Below are positions 41,241-53,268 of a DNA stretch of 64,000 bases, piece after piece. The position numbers and the translations under genes are program-made. Each line of letters opens with the position of its first letter. Position 1 is the stretch's first letter. A model generated the notes under the pieces. It was not told where the DNA came from. It saw nothing but the letters and a program-made list of their open reading frames with translations, and searched no databases. Source of the stretch: Ostreococcus lucimarinus (Eukaryota); assembly GCA_000092065.1 (NCBI GenBank), contig CP000592.1; one strand, given 5' to 3'.

Positions 41241-43426
41241 TTACAAGGAGAACGCTTCGGGATCGGGCGCGGCCGCGCCGCCGGCAGCCTTCGTCTTCTT
41301 CTTAGGGATTTCAGTGATGACCGCTTGCGTCGTGAGCACCATACCCGCGATGGAACAAGAGTTTTGCACGCCAGAGCGGGTGACCTTCTTCGGGTCGAGA
41401 ACGCCCTTATCAATCAAGTCACCGTACTCGCCAGTCATGGCGTCGTAACCAAAGTTGAATTCGCCATCCATGACGTGTTGCACAATCACATCACCTTCCG
41501 CGCCAGCGTTGTTGCCGATGAGTCTGCACGGAGCCAGAAGCGCCTTTTGAACGATTTCCGCGCCCAAGCGTTCCTCGGCGTTAGTGAGGGTCGGCTTGAA
41601 TTCGTCGATCATCTTGCTCAAGTGCACCAAAGCGGCGCCACCACCCGGGACGATGCCTTCCTCGACCGCGGCAAAAGTGGCGTTCTTGGCATCTTCAATA
41701 CGAAGCTTGCGTTCTTCTAATTCAGTTTCGGTCGCGGCGCCAACCTTAATGACGGCAACACCACCGGCGAGCTTGGCGATGCGTTCGGAAAGCTTTTGGG
41801 TATCGTACACGGAATCCGTCTCCGCGAGCTCTTGCTTGAGTTGAGCCACGCGAAGGTCGATGTCTTCCTTGGACGCACCATCAGCAATCATGGTGGTCGT
41901 CGTTTGCGCGATGGAAACCTTACGGGCGTAGCCGAGGCAGTCCATGTTCGCGCGCGCGACGCTGAGACCGAGATCCTTGGCGATGTATTGAGCGCCAGTG
42001 ACGATGGCGATGTCTTGCAACAAGGCCTTACGACGCTCACCGAAACCCGGCGCCTTGATGGCGGCCACCTTAAGCACGCCGCGCATCTTGTTGACCACCA
42101 AAGTGGCGAGCGCTTCGCCCGTGATGTCTTCGGCGATGATCAAGAGCGGCGGGGACCCCGCTTGGGACACCTCTTCCAAAAGTGGCACGAGCACTTGAAC
42201 TTGTTCAATCTTCTCGTCCGTGATCAAAACGCGACAGCCTTCAAATTCAACCATCAAGCGTTCGTCGTCGTTGACGAATTGCGGAGAAATGTAACCGCGA
42301 TCGATTTCCATGCCCTCCTCGACTTCGACAACGGTTTCCAAACCGGTGCCGTTTTCGATGGACAAGACGCCATCCGGGCCAACCTTTTCGATGGCTTCGG
42401 CAATCATGTCACCGATGGAGACATCGTTACCCGCGGAGATGGAAGCGACGGCACGGATATCTTGCTGGTTGCGCACCGGAATCGTGAGCTCGTCGAGCTT
42501 TTGACGGCAGAATTCAGACGTCTTGTCGATGCCGCGCTTCACCGTCACCGGGTTGGCGCCCGCGGCGACAGATTGCAAGCCGTACTTGATCATCTCACGC
42601 GCGAGCACGGACGCAGTCGTCGTGCCATCGCCTGCAGAGTCATTCGTTCGCCCTGCGACTTCCTTGATGAGCTGCGCACCGGCGTTCTCCACCGGATCCG
42701 GTAATTCGATGGCGCGCGCAATGGTCACTCCGTCGTTAATCACTTGCGGCATCCCAAACTTTTCCTCGAGCACCACGTTTCTCCCGCGAGGACCGAGCGT
42801 CACCCCGACCGCATCCGCCAATTTATCGATTCCAGCTTGAATCTTGCGTCGAGAACTCATGTCAAACGTGATATCCTTCGCCTCGGCGCGAACCATCGCG
42901 ACGCGGCGGCGGCCGCCACCGCGTCGACTCTGCTTCGCCGTTAGCGCCGACGTCTGCGCGCGTCATCAATCATCAATCATCATCGTCAGTCGGCGTCATC
43001 GCTCGCGCACTATTCTTCACCACCACGCTCGACGCCGTTCGCGCCCGTCGCGCCCTTCGCGCGCCGTCGCGTCGACGGCTTCGCACCCCAGCCGTCCGAC
43101 GGCGGCGAGGCGCCCCTCGCGCGCGCCTCCTCCCGCGCCCACGCACGCGCGTCCTCGCGCGTCGCCGTCACCGCGCCGTCGCGCGATCCAACGCGCGAAA
43201 ATTTTCTCATCCAGACGCCGCGTCGCGCGCGCGTCGCGCGCGTCGCGTCCCCCCGTCGTCGTCGTCGTCGCGCGCGATGCCGGACGACCCTGGAAGAATC
43301 TTCCGAAGCGCGTCGTCATCGTCGCGCGGCGTCGCGCATCACCGTCGCGCGGCGTCGCAGTCGCGCGTCGACGATGGGGGCTATATTCACACGCACCGTG
43401 AGCGATCGCGAGGTGAGAGACATCAT
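41241..43426 (-). CDS. CPN60A: Chloroplast chaperonin 60 alpha (Cpn60-alpha / RuBisCO-binding protein alpha). Exon 1 is 43426..43397, a 443-nt intron spans 42954..43396, and exon 2 is 42953..41241.
   Basis: The mature region [40 protein letters not shown]...[16 protein letters not shown]...[12 protein letters not shown] is group-I chaperonin, closest to plastid Cpn60-alpha. The ORF begins directly at the mature N-terminus, with in-frame TGA TGA 22 codons upstream, so the transit peptide must come from an upstream exon. Exon 1 is ATGATGTCTCTCACCTCGCGATCGCTCACG followed by GTGCGTGTGAATATAG. The intron has CGACTGACGATG 29 nt before the CGCGCAG acceptor. The join gives [33 protein letters not shown]|EAKDI..., an S/T/R-rich transit peptide with a VRA processing motif. 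Confidence 0.8.
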
Positions 43427-43696
43427 CTTGTGCGCGCGAGAGCGGGCGCGGACGCGTCTCGGAATGCGGCTTCGCGCGCGCCTTCGGGGCGAAAACCTGA
43501 AAAATTCCGCGCCTTTACGTACGTAGAACGCGCGAGATTCGCCCATTTATCATGACCGCGCGAGCGACGTACACGACGAGTCTTAAGACCGTGTAGGCGA
43601 GCGCTGCACGCGGTGCGATTTCGCGCCGACGGCCGGCGCCGACGCGGCGACGCGACGACGCGGGGACGCGACGACGCGACGCGACGCGCGCGCGAC

Positions 43697-44659
43697 ATGG
43701 CGCGCGGACGCCAGGGCGCGGGACGCGGGCGCGGCGCGCGCGGGCGCGGGCGCGGGCGCGGCGACGCGAAGAGCGTCTTGCCCGATTGGGCGCGCGGTGG
43801 GAAAGGATTCTGTTCGTGCGTCGACGCCGGGTGCGCGCGACGCCACGAAGACGACGACGACGACGACGACGACGCGTCGAGCGCGCCGACGCGGTTCCCG
43901 GTGCCGCTGGCGATGTGGGACCTGGCGCAGTGCGATCCGAAGCGGTGCAGCGGAAGGAAGCTGGCGAGGCTCGGGTGCCTGCGCGAGCTGCGCGTGCAGC
44001 AGCGGTGGGCGGGCGTGGCGCTGACGCCGAACGCGACGGAGACGATCTCGCCGAAAGATTACGAGGTTTTGAACGCAAACGGGTTGGCGGTCGTGGATTG
44101 TTCGTGGAATCGATTGGATGACGTGCCGTTTCAGCGATTGCACAGCGCGGCGCCGAGACTGTTGCCTTGGTTGGTGGCGGCGAATCCGGTGAATTACGGC
44201 AAGCCGTGTAAGCTGACGTGCGCCGAGGCGCTGGCGGGCGGACTGTACATCGCGGGGTATCGCGATGCCGCGGAAGCGCTGATGAATAAGTTCAAATGGG
44301 GACACGGATTCATTTCTCTCAATCGCGAGCTGTTGGAGTCGTACATGCAGTGCCGCACGAGCGAGGAAGTCATCGAGACGCAAAACAAGTGGTTAACGCT
44401 CGGGGGACCGGAGGCGGCGCCGAGACGGGACATGATGCCACCGAGCGAGAGTGAGAGCGATGGTGAGGACGACGATGAGAGCGAAGACGATTTACCACCG
44501 CTCGAAAGGAATTTCAATCGGTCCAGAAACGCGATCGAGCGCTCGGGAAACAACTTTCGCAATAAACTCGCCGAAGAAGAGGATGAATCATCCGAAGAAT
44601 CTGAAGACAGCGATGACGAGGAAACGGAAGAGTTGACGAAACGAGTGGCTGAGTTGTAG
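43697..44659 (+). CDS. TSR3: TSR3 ribosome-biogenesis protein (18S rRNA aminocarboxypropyltransferase). The ORF extends to 43613.
   Basis: FPVPLAMWDLAQCDPKRCSGRKLARLGCLREL...VVDCSWNRLDDVPF...PWLVAANPVNYGKPCKLTCAEALA...KFKWGHGFISLN match the Tsr3/DUF367 plus RLI-N-like layout. Acidic C-terminus. Confidence 0.75.
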   Translation: MARGRQGAGRGRGARGRGRGRGDAKSVLPDWARGGKGFCSCVDAGCARRHEDDDDDDDDASSAPTRFPVPLAMWDLAQCDPKRCSGRKLARLGCLRELRVQQRWAGVALTPNATETISPKDYEVLNANGLAVVDCSWNRLDDVPFQRLHSAAPRLLPWLVAANPVNYGKPCKLTCAEALAGGLYIAGYRDAAEALMNKFKWGHGFISLNRELLESYMQCRTSEEVIETQNKWLTLGGPEAAPRRDMMPPSESESDGEDDDESEDDLPPLERNFNRSRNAIERSGNNFRNKLAEEEDESSEESEDSDDEETEELTKRVAEL

Positions 44660-44734
44660 ATTAACGTAGTAGTCGGTAGCGTGCCAGTAGTGTTTGTACA
44701 GTTCGTATTTCACATAGTTCAGTATTCGGGCGAT

Positions 44735-45370
44735 TCAGCATTCAGGCGACTCGGTCATTCGGCATTCGGGCGACAGGACGATAATAGGCAACGAGAGCGT
44801 AATTTGGTCGCCTGCGAGTCGCCGAGTGTCCTCAAGAATGTCAATTGTGTCCTCAAGAATGTCAATTGTGTTAGCATGTCGTGCTCGTGCTTCTTCTTGT
44901 TCTTGTTGTTCTTCTCGTCGTTCGTGTTGTTCCGACGCCGCCTCGTCGGGCGAGGGCGTCGGCGTCGGCTCGTCCTCGTGTCGGCGGCGGCATGCGCGAA
45001 GATGATTCGCGAATCCGGCGGCACGCTTCCCGATAAAACCACAATGCGGGCACACCAACGATTGCGATTTCTTGTGCGTCGACGCGAGGGGCTGATTTGC
45101 CGACAACGTCTTCAACTTTTTCATCTTTCGTGCTCTGTAAATTCGACTGTATTCATTCTTTTTCAACCGCTTTCGCTCTTTTCGTTCTGTATCGTCGCTT
45201 CCCTCCGTCGTGCTCGCGCTCTCGTAATATTTCACGTCTGCGCGACTACGGCGACGTTCGTCGATCTCTGGCGGAGGATACCCAGGTTCCAAGGCTTCGA
45301 GAATGGTGTCGATCTGAACGATGTCGTCGTCGACATCCTTGGGACTCAGGCACAAATCAAATCGTGGCAC
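44735..45370 (-). CDS. Hypothetical K/E-rich protein with a single C2H2-like zinc finger. The start is unresolved and the region is compositionally AT-richer.
   Basis: VCPHCGFIGKRAAGFANHLRAC has C2H2-type spacing. The ORF begins at GTG with no ATG for about 80 codons. It contains a 22-bp tandem duplication (TIDILEDTIDILEDT). Local GC is about 52%, against about 66% elsewhere. Confidence 0.3.
   Translation of the reverse strand: MPRFDLCLSPKDVDDDIVQIDTILEALEPGYPPPEIDERRRSRADVKYYESASTTEGSDDTERKERKRLKKNEYSRIYRARKMKKLKTLSANQPLASTHKKSQSLVCPHCGFIGKRAAGFANHLRACRRRHEDEPTPTPSPDEAASEQHERREEQQEQEEARARHANTIDILEDTIDILEDTRRLAGDQITLSLPIIVLSPECRMTESPEC
44836..44879. repeat. 22-bp perfect tandem duplication (GTCCTCAAGAATGTCAATTGTG x2) inside a hypothetical CDS
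   Basis: A direct repeat read from the sequence. It yields TIDILEDTIDILEDT in the minus-strand ORF. Confidence 0.8.
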
Positions 45371-45688
45371 GCGTGCGGTAACGCTGTAGAGAGCGTTTTG
45401 TTTTTTGATCGATCCTACGGCACCGCAGTACTGTGGTTGGTCAGTTCCTGAACGTTTGTGTGTGCGCGCGCACTACCTTGCCAGCACCCTGTTGTATCGA
45501 GCCGTCCTCTTTAAACACCGTCAATTGCGAGCGAATGAAACCGGGATAGATGGTTCTATCGATCAAGCGCTCGAGCTCGCGGCCGACGGTGCGACGGCGG
45601 GTCGCCATGAAGAGATGAAGAGAAAGAGAGAGAGTCGAAGTATGAAGATTGCGCGGTTTGGACGATTCTCGTTACACGTGGGTTTCTT

Positions 45689-46903
45689 CTAAATCAAGTC
45701 GGCCACGTTCATGGGCATTTCGTCGATTTGCGTGGAATAGTACTGTTCGATATCTCTGAGCGCACGCACGTCGTCTGCCTTGACGAAGTTGATAGCGACG
45801 CCCTTGCGTCCGTATCGCCCCGAGCGACCGATGCGATGGATGTAGTTTTCACGGTTGCCCGGAAGATCATAGTTGATGACTAAAGACACTTGTTGAACGT
45901 CGATACCGCGCGCCCAGACGTCGGTTGTGATCAATACGCGCGTCGTACCGCCTCGGAACTCGTTCATGATTTCCTCGCGCTCCTTTTGAGGCATGTCGCC
46001 GTGCATGGCGGAGACTGTGAAGTTGTTCTGTCGCATTTTCTCCGTGAGCCAATCCACCTTCTTCTTCGTGTTGCAAAAGATCACCGCTTGCGTGATCGTC
46101 AGCGTGTCGTACAAATCGCAAAGCGTGTCGAACTTCCATTCCTCGCGTTCGACGGCGACGAAGAACTGCTTAATACCTTCAAGCGTTAATTCGTCGCGCT
46201 TGACCAAGATGCGCATCGGATCCGTCATAAACTTGCTCGTCATCTCCAACACTTCGTTCGGCAGCGTGGCGCTCACCAACACCACCTGCGTTTCCGGCGG
46301 CAAGTATCTATACACATCGTAAATCTGTTCCTTGAACCCTTTATTCAACATTTCATCCGCCTCGTCGAGGACCAAAATCTTAATCCCGCGCGTGCGTAAA
46401 TTCCGCCGCTTTATCATATCGAACACCCGTCCCGGCGTCCCACTGACGATGTGACAGCCGTAATCTAATTTACGAATGTCATCCCCGATCGACCGTCCCC
46501 CGATGCACGCGTGCACTTGCACGTTCATAAAATTCCCCAGCGACAGCGCCGTCTTCTCCGTCTGCACCGCCAACTCTCGCGTCGGCGACAGCACCAATCC
46601 CTGCACCTCCCTCGATGTCGTGTCCAACATCTGACACAGCGCCAGCGATATCATCGACGTCTTCCCCGTCCCGCTCTGCGCCTGCGCGATCACGTCCCGT
46701 CCGGATATTATCGGCACCACCGCTCGCTGTTGAATCGCGCTCGGCTTTTCGAACCCGTACGAGTACAGCCCGCGCAGCAAATCCTCACGAATTCCCATCG
46801 CGTCGAACGTCGCGCGCGGTTCGATCCCTTCCGACGTCTCGAACGATATCTTTTCATCCGCGTCGTAGCTCGTCGCGGTTCGCTTGCCCGCGTCTTTCGC
46901 CAT
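45689..46903 (-). CDS. EIF4A3: DEAD-box RNA helicase eIF4A-III (exon-junction-complex helicase). The ORF extends to 47437, but the start is ATG 46903.
   Basis: [54 protein letters not shown] (VLDEADEML), SAT (VLVSATLP), [23 protein letters not shown]. Closest to eIF4A3 rather than eIF4A1 by the N-terminal signature. Confidence 0.85.
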   Translation of the reverse strand: MAKDAGKRTATSYDADEKISFETSEGIEPRATFDAMGIREDLLRGLYSYGFEKPSAIQQRAVVPIISGRDVIAQAQSGTGKTSMISLALCQMLDTTSREVQGLVLSPTRELAVQTEKTALSLGNFMNVQVHACIGGRSIGDDIRKLDYGCHIVSGTPGRVFDMIKRRNLRTRGIKILVLDEADEMLNKGFKEQIYDVYRYLPPETQVVLVSATLPNEVLEMTSKFMTDPMRILVKRDELTLEGIKQFFVAVEREEWKFDTLCDLYDTLTITQAVIFCNTKKKVDWLTEKMRQNNFTVSAMHGDMPQKEREEIMNEFRGGTTRVLITTDVWARGIDVQQVSLVINYDLPGNRENYIHRIGRSGRYGRKGVAINFVKADDVRALRDIEQYYSTQIDEMPMNVADLI

Positions 46904-46999
46904 CGCGCGCGCTCGCCGCCGTCGATTCGCCGCCGCCGACGCCGCCGTCGACGGAACGATTCGCGCGCGGTCCGACCGCGCGCGCGCGACGGTGACGAC

Positions 47000-47033
<34 letters not shown>

Positions 47034-47213
47034 CTCGCGTCGGTCGCGACGCTCGAGCACGCGAGCGCGAATGCGGCGCGCGATGCGCGCGAATGCGCGA
47101 CCTCGAGGTCTTCGGCGATGTCGACGCATTGAGACGCGCGCGCGAGTCGGTGCGCGACGCGCTCGAGCGGCGCGCGCGCCGTCGACGCGCGCGCGCAGCG
47201 CCTATCGGTCGTC

Positions 47214-50200
47214 ATGGCGCCCGCGTGGCACGGGCCGTACTGCGTGAGCGTCGTCGCCGTCATGTTCATCGCGCTGCTGAAAAATGTCGCGGGGCCGGAC
47301 GTGTTGATGCTCGGCGCGCTCGCGCTCGAGCTCGCGGCTTCGATCGTGGACCTGGGCGAGGGATTGAAGGGGTTCAGCAATAAAGGCTTGCTCACCGTCG
47401 CGTGCTTGTTCGTCGTGGCGGCGGGGATATCGAACACGGGCGCGCTGGACTATTACATGAGCAAAGCCTTGGGGACGCCGAAGAGCGCGGCGGACGCGCA
47501 GCTGCGGTTGATGGTGCCGATCGCGGTGGTGAGCGCGTTTTTGAATAATACGCCGGTGGTGGCGATCATGATACCGATCGTGCAGAAGTGGTCGCGGAAG
47601 TGTAAGATTTCGTCGGCGCAGTTGTTCATACCGCTGTCGTTTAGCTCGATTTTAGGCGGCACGTGCACGCTGATCGGGACGTCGACGAATTTGGTCGTCG
47701 ATGGCATGCGACGGGAGCGATATCCCAATGAACGCGCGCTCGGGTTGTTTGAGCTGTCGAAGTTTGGCGTGCCGGTGTTGCTGAGCGGGTTGGCGTACAT
47801 GCTCATCGCGGCGCCGGCATTGCTGCCGGGCGGCGCGCGAGACGGCAATCGCGCGGGGGGGCAAGACATGGATATGGACGATTTAACCGTAGGTGCAGTC
47901 GTTCCGCGTGGTTCACCCGTCGTGGACGCCGAAGTCGCTGTCTTGCGCGGGTTGAATGGGTTGTATCTCGTCAGCGTGCAGCGAGGCGACATGCTGATGC
48001 GCGCAGTACAACCAGATTTCATTCTCGAGGTTGGTGACATCTTGATCTTCACCGGTCTCGTCGATCGCATAGGGGAAGTGTGTAAAACACACGGCTTGGT
48101 GCCGCTCACGCACGAAGTGGAGGAGAAAATGTTAGAAGAGAAGAGGAATTCGTTCGACGATTATCGCAAGACCAATGAACGCTCAGGTGAAAACGCCGAA
48201 AGCACGGTGACGTTTCCTCCGCGCGCGAGGACGCCCTCGCTCACTGGTCAGTCGCAGGACGACAGTGGTATTCGAGGCGTTGCGTGGATGCATCGGGAGT
48301 CGAGAAAAGATGGGCGAGCGAGTATAGAGTTGCACACGTACGAAAAGATGCTTCGCAAGTTCAAGTCGAGCGGCAACGACGAAGACGCCGACGGGAGCGC
48401 GAGCGATAAAGCCGCCACATCACCGCCGAGCGAGCAGAGAACGCAAAGTGGACGCGCAAGTTTAGATTACAACTTCAAGCACGGTGAGCGTCGACGACAA
48501 TTAAGCGACGATATGCGTGAGCATGACTATTTCACTCAGTCGGTTGAGGTCATTCGCGCTCGCATACTCGAAAACTCTCCGCTCGTCGGCACAACGCCAT
48601 CGGAGTGCAAGTTTAGGCACAAATTTAAAGCGTCCATAATGGCGGTGCAGAGTATGGGCGAGAAATCAGGGACAGGGAACGACGTCCGCCGAGGGCATCT
48701 CGGGACGACGATTTTCCGAGCCAACGATATTCTTATGCTTCATGTCTCTCAAGAGAGCCCACTTCTGGTGCAAAAGCAAGAACGTGAAGCTGCGTCAGCG
48801 GAAAACTCGCGACGTGGACTTCCTTCGCCAGGTTCGCGACGGAATTTGTCCTTGGATGCCATCGAGGCGTCGACGTACACGTGCGGGAACGATTTGGAGG
48901 TTTTGCTCACCGACGCGAAGACCGAACTTAACTTTAACGAGTTTGCCATTCCCATGCGCGTCGTGAGTGGAGGGGCGTTGGATGGCAAAACCATCAGAGG
49001 CGTTGATCTGGCGAACGTGCCGGGTTTATTTTGCACGGCAATTCAATCGAACGCGAGCAGCGAAATGCGCATACCGGACGCCGAGACAATTCTTAATGGT
49101 GAAGATATTTTGTGGTTTGCGGGCGATATGAACGGTATGCAGACGCTTCGACGCATTCCTGGGTTAGTTTCGCAAGAAAATCAAGTGGAAAAGCTCAAGC
49201 ACGTCCGTAAAACTGATCGAAGATTAGTGCAAGCCGTGATATCACAAGGGAGCTCGCTCGTGGGGAGATGCGTCCGTGACACGCACTTCAGAACGCGTTA
49301 CGACGCCGTCATCATCGCTGTCCAACGCAGTGGAGGGCGTATACAGGCGAGAATCGGCGATATCGTACTCGAAGCGGGCGACGTTTTGCTCCTGGACACG
49401 TCGACGAGTTTTTTGCTTGATCATAAGTCGGATCCGACGTTTGCGCTCATCTCTGAAATCGAAGACTCCGCTCCGCCGCAATTCGACAAGCTTCTTCCTT
49501 CTCTCGGCACAGCAGTAGTGATGATAGCTGTTTTTGTCGCCGGTGCGCTCGATCTCTTCGTCGCCGCGTTACTGGCTTCGGGCGTCATGCTCGCCACGGG
49601 ATGTCTGACACAGGAGCAGGCGCGCGCGGCGGTCAAATGGGACGTCATTGTCACGATAGCTGCCGCGTTCGGAATTTCCGCGGCGATGGAGCAAAGTGGT
49701 GTCGCTGCCGGGATTGCATCGACGCTCGTGAGCGCCGGCAACGGCATGGGTACTGGGAAGCCGGGAATTCTCGTCGCCGTCTACCTCGCCACAGTTGTGT
49801 TGTGCAACATCGTCGGTAACAACGCCGCCGCCGCGCTCATGTACCCCATCGCCGCTGGCGCTGCGGAAAAGCAAGGGATTGATAACGTTCAGATGAGCTA
49901 CTTGCTCATGCTTGCCGCTTCGGCATCGTTCATGTCTCCATTTGGTTACCAAACCAACTTGATGGTGTACGGTCCAGGCGGCTACGTTTTCGCCAATTTC
50001 CTCAAGTTCGGCGCACCGATGCAAGTAGTTCAGCTGATCGTCTCTGTTTCTGTTGTTCTACTCGACAGCAAGTGGTGGATCGGGTGGATCGTGGGTTTCG
50101 GCGCCATCCTCACGATTTACCTAACGCGTCTCGTCGTGCCAATTATACGCAAACGGCGAGACGCCGCGCGCGGCGGCTCGACCGATTCGCGGCTCGACCC

Positions 50201-50219
50201 CATTCAGGAAGTTCTGTGA
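47214..50219 (+). CDS. SLT-type Na+/sulfate co-transporter: a DASS/SLC13-like permease with a duplicated transporter half and central TrkA-C (RCK_C) domains
   Basis: Transporter halves at N- and C-termini ([23 protein letters not shown]...; ...[26 protein letters not shown]). Two TrkA-C-like units ([31 protein letters not shown]...GDILIFTG...; ...[36 protein letters not shown]...GDVLLLD). The architecture matches Chlamydomonas SLT1/2/3. Confidence 0.7.
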   Translation: MAPAWHGPYCVSVVAVMFIALLKNVAGPDVLMLGALALELAASIVDLGEGLKGFSNKGLLTVACLFVVAAGISNTGALDYYMSKALGTPKSAADAQLRLMVPIAVVSAFLNNTPVVAIMIPIVQKWSRKCKISSAQLFIPLSFSSILGGTCTLIGTSTNLVVDGMRRERYPNERALGLFELSKFGVPVLLSGLAYMLIAAPALLPGGARDGNRAGGQDMDMDDLTVGAVVPRGSPVVDAEVAVLRGLNGLYLVSVQRGDMLMRAVQPDFILEVGDILIFTGLVDRIGEVCKTHGLVPLTHEVEEKMLEEKRNSFDDYRKTNERSGENAESTVTFPPRARTPSLTGQSQDDSGIRGVAWMHRESRKDGRASIELHTYEKMLRKFKSSGNDEDADGSASDKAATSPPSEQRTQSGRASLDYNFKHGERRRQLSDDMREHDYFTQSVEVIRARILENSPLVGTTPSECKFRHKFKASIMAVQSMGEKSGTGNDVRRGHLGTTIFRANDILMLHVSQESPLLVQKQEREAASAENSRRGLPSPGSRRNLSLDAIEASTYTCGNDLEVLLTDAKTELNFNEFAIPMRVVSGGALDGKTIRGVDLANVPGLFCTAIQSNASSEMRIPDAETILNGEDILWFAGDMNGMQTLRRIPGLVSQENQVEKLKHVRKTDRRLVQAVISQGSSLVGRCVRDTHFRTRYDAVIIAVQRSGGRIQARIGDIVLEAGDVLLLDTSTSFLLDHKSDPTFALISEIEDSAPPQFDKLLPSLGTAVVMIAVFVAGALDLFVAALLASGVMLATGCLTQEQARAAVKWDVIVTIAAAFGISAAMEQSGVAAGIASTLVSAGNGMGTGKPGILVAVYLATVVLCNIVGNNAAAALMYPIAAGAAEKQGIDNVQMSYLLMLAASASFMSPFGYQTNLMVYGPGGYVFANFLKFGAPMQVVQLIVSVSVVLLDSKWWIGWIVGFGAILTIYLTRLVVPIIRKRRDAARGGSTDSRLDPIQEVL

Positions 50220-50439
50220 CCGACGCGAACAGCGACACCACCCACTCGTAGAGCGTCCGTCGCGATATTTAAGAACGATAAACGACTGTACAATAACCAC
50301 ATCCGCACGCTCTTTCTACCGACGAATCGCATCCGCGCATCGTTTCGCGAGCGTCACGGGCGACGCGCGTCTCCGTCCTCACCCACCGCACCTCGAGGCC
50401 TCACTCACCCTCGCGCGTTTCTCGCAGCGGATTCCCGCC

Positions 50440-52101
50440 ATGACGGATAGCGCAGTCATTCTCCATCGCGTCGCTCTGAACGCGGCGTTCATCGCCGTCG
50501 GCTACGCGCTGCGCGCGCTGAAAATACTTACCCTCGAAGATGGCAAAACCGTCTTTCGCTTTGCCACGAACGTGACGCTTCCAGCGCTGTTACTGTACGT
50601 CATGACGCGCGCGAGCGCGGTGGGCGCGTCCAGTGGATTGAGTGCGACCGTATCCACGGTGAGCGCGATCATTCCCGCGTGCTCGTTGCTCGTGGGCGTG
50701 GGATGTTCGTTCGGGGCGTACCTCGCGTATCGCAAGTCGCCGGCGCGCGCGAGAGGGTTAGCCGTCGGGAGCGCGACGGGGGTGAATTTAGGAATGTTTG
50801 CGTACCCGTTCGTGGAAGCGATATGGGGGGTGCCTGGTCTGGCGCTATGCGCGATGTGGGACGCTCCGAACGCGGTGGTGGTGTTCGGCGCGGCGAAGGC
50901 TATTTTCGCCGCCGAGCAAAAGCACGGCGACGCGTCTCGAGCCGTGCACGACGACGGCGGGATTTACGACGGGGAGTGGTTAGATAAGAAAAAGCACGGG
51001 TACGGGTGTTACAAGTACCCGAGCGGGGCGACGTACGAAGGGCAGTGGAAGAATAACGTCAAGGATGGCTTGGGGGTGTACACGTACGGCAAGGGCGGTT
51101 CGTACGCCGGCGAGTTCAAGCGCGGTCGGTTCGACGGGACGGGGATTCGCGTGCTGCGCACGGGCGCTGTCAAGGCGGGATTATGGGAAGACAACGAGTT
51201 TGTCGAGGCTACGACGGTAAAGGATTGCGAAGGGACGATTGCGGCGACGAACGCGGCGGTATCGACGGCTCGCAAAGCCGCCGAGGCGAGCAACCTCACG
51301 ATGAAGGATTTATTTTGGAAGGTGGCGAAATTTCCACCGGTGATCGCGGTGACATTGGCCAGTATGATGAACTTCACTGGTATTGCACTCCCTCAGACTG
51401 CTTCGCAGCTCGTCGTGCCGCTGGCGAACGCGAATAACCCGATCGTGTTGCTCACGCTCGGCGTCCTTTTCAAGCCAGCGATGGACCGAATGCAAGTGCA
51501 AGCGGTGGCTAAATTTATCGGCGTGAAATACGGTCTTGGGTTGCTATCGGCGGCGGTATGTACATTATTCATTCCACAAAGTTTCGCGCTCGCGCGAGGC
51601 GTCATAGCCGCGCTGTGCGTGATGCCTGTGCCGTCCATCGTCATGCAATACTCGGCCGAGCACGAAAACGACGGCCAACTTGCGGCGGCGATTGTCTTGA
51701 GCTCGCAAGCCATGACGCTCGTTTTGATCTGTTGTTTCGCCGTCGTCGCGCCGTACATCGTGAGTATTGATAAATTCGTGTTTTCGGGCGCCCTTCTTGC
51801 TGGCGCCGTTGCCGTGGGCGTAGCGAGCGCCGTCGGCGTCCTGGCGTTGAAGCCGTCTCGGGTAGACAAGGCGAAGAGTCCGGGCGTGGCGGTGGCACCG
51901 ACGGCGAGCATGCGATCGACATCCCCACGAAACATCGCTCATCGGCGACAACGGCGCGATGTTACGGTAAACATCGCCGTTAATGCCCCTCTTCGTGCGC
52001 TGACTGCTCGAGGTTCTTCCTTTACGTCGGCGAAGCGGTCGGCGCCGCAAGCGCCTTTGCGAGCGGCTCTGAGCGGCGGTGTAAAATTAGTAGGATTGTG
52101 A
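50440..52101 (+). CDS. Auxin-efflux-carrier family (Mem_trans, PIN/PILS-like) membrane transporter with three MORN repeats inserted in the central cytosolic loop
   Basis: N-terminal (VALNAAFIAVGYALRALKILT...TNVTLPALLLYVM) and C-terminal (NPIVLLTLGVLFKPA...AIVLSSQAMTLVLICC) 5-TM halves typical of Mem_trans. Central GGIYDGEWLDKKKHGYGCYKYPSGATYEGQWKNNVKDGLGVYTYGKGGSYAGEFKRGRFDGTG are MORN repeats. Confidence 0.6.
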   Translation: MTDSAVILHRVALNAAFIAVGYALRALKILTLEDGKTVFRFATNVTLPALLLYVMTRASAVGASSGLSATVSTVSAIIPACSLLVGVGCSFGAYLAYRKSPARARGLAVGSATGVNLGMFAYPFVEAIWGVPGLALCAMWDAPNAVVVFGAAKAIFAAEQKHGDASRAVHDDGGIYDGEWLDKKKHGYGCYKYPSGATYEGQWKNNVKDGLGVYTYGKGGSYAGEFKRGRFDGTGIRVLRTGAVKAGLWEDNEFVEATTVKDCEGTIAATNAAVSTARKAAEASNLTMKDLFWKVAKFPPVIAVTLASMMNFTGIALPQTASQLVVPLANANNPIVLLTLGVLFKPAMDRMQVQAVAKFIGVKYGLGLLSAAVCTLFIPQSFALARGVIAALCVMPVPSIVMQYSAEHENDGQLAAAIVLSSQAMTLVLICCFAVVAPYIVSIDKFVFSGALLAGAVAVGVASAVGVLALKPSRVDKAKSPGVAVAPTASMRSTSPRNIAHRRQRRDVTVNIAVNAPLRALTARGSSFTSAKRSAPQAPLRAALSGGVKLVGL

Positions 52102-52210
52102 TCGCGCACTCGAAGTATAAATAGATTGATAGTGCTTTTTATTGACATCACACGTTACGTAAGTTCGTGGGATTTTCAAAACTGCTATTGGAAAACTCGC
52201 GCGCCTTTAC

Positions 52211-53231
52211 TCAACTTTCTGCAGTCATGGTTTCGGCTTCCTCGCGAATCGTGCTGTACAGCGCGGAAGACAAGTAACGCTCGCCAAAGGACGGGAACAC
52301 CGTCGTGATGAGCTTACCAGCGTTCTCCGGGCGCTTGGCGAGCTGAATCGCCGCCGCGGCCGCGGCACCGGAGGAGATACCGACCATCAAACCTTCTTGC
52401 AACGCGAGCTCCTTGGCCATCGATATGGCGTCGTCGCTCGCGATTTGCACAACTTCGTCGATGACGTCCATGTCCAAAATACCCGGGATAAAGCCCGCAC
52501 CGATGCCTTGAATCTTATGCGGACCCGGTCCACCGCCCGAGAGCACGGGAGACTCCGTCGGCTCGACGGCGACAATCTTAATGTTCGGGTTCTTGCTCTT
52601 CAAGTAGCGACCGGTGCCGGTGATGGTGCCGCCAGTCCCGACGCCCGCGACAAAGATATCGATCTGTCCCGCGGTGTCTTCCCAAATCTCCGGTCCCGTG
52701 GTTTCAAAATGTACCTTCGGGTTAGCCGGGTTTTCAAACTGTTGCAGCACGTACGAGTTCGGCGTCTTGGCGGCGATTTCCTCCGCCTTTTGCACCGCTC
52801 CCTTCATCCCTTTCGCCGGGTCCGTCAACACCAAATTCGCCCCAAACGCCTTCAACAGAATCCGTCGCTCGAGGCTCATCGATGCCGGCATCGTAAGCGT
52901 AAGCTTATACCCCTTCGCCGCCGCGATGAAGGCCAATCCGATGCCGGTGTTCCCGCTCGTCGGTTCCACGAGCGTCGTCTTCCCCGGCGTAATCTTCCCC
53001 TCTTCCTCCGCCGCCGCGATCATGCTCCATCCGATGCGATCCTTCACGCTGCAGCACGGTTCCATTATCTCGAGTTTCGCCGCAATCTCCGCCCCGCATC
53101 CCTCCGACGTCTTATTCAAGTACACCATCGGCGTGCATCCCACGAGTTGCGTCACGTTGTCCGCGATGTTTACGTTTCCCGCTCGCGTCGTCGTTCGCGT
53201 TCGCGTCTTCCGCGTCGTCCGCGTCGTCTTC

Positions 53232-53268
<37 letters not shown>

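Noticed and set aside
45371-45480. Putative 62-nt 5' intron (AAG|GTAGTGCG...AACTGACC...CCGTAG|) for the C2H2 ORF
   Set aside because: The donor is non-consensus for this locus. The reading frame stays open through it and no upstream ATG exon was found, so it is too speculative to annotate.
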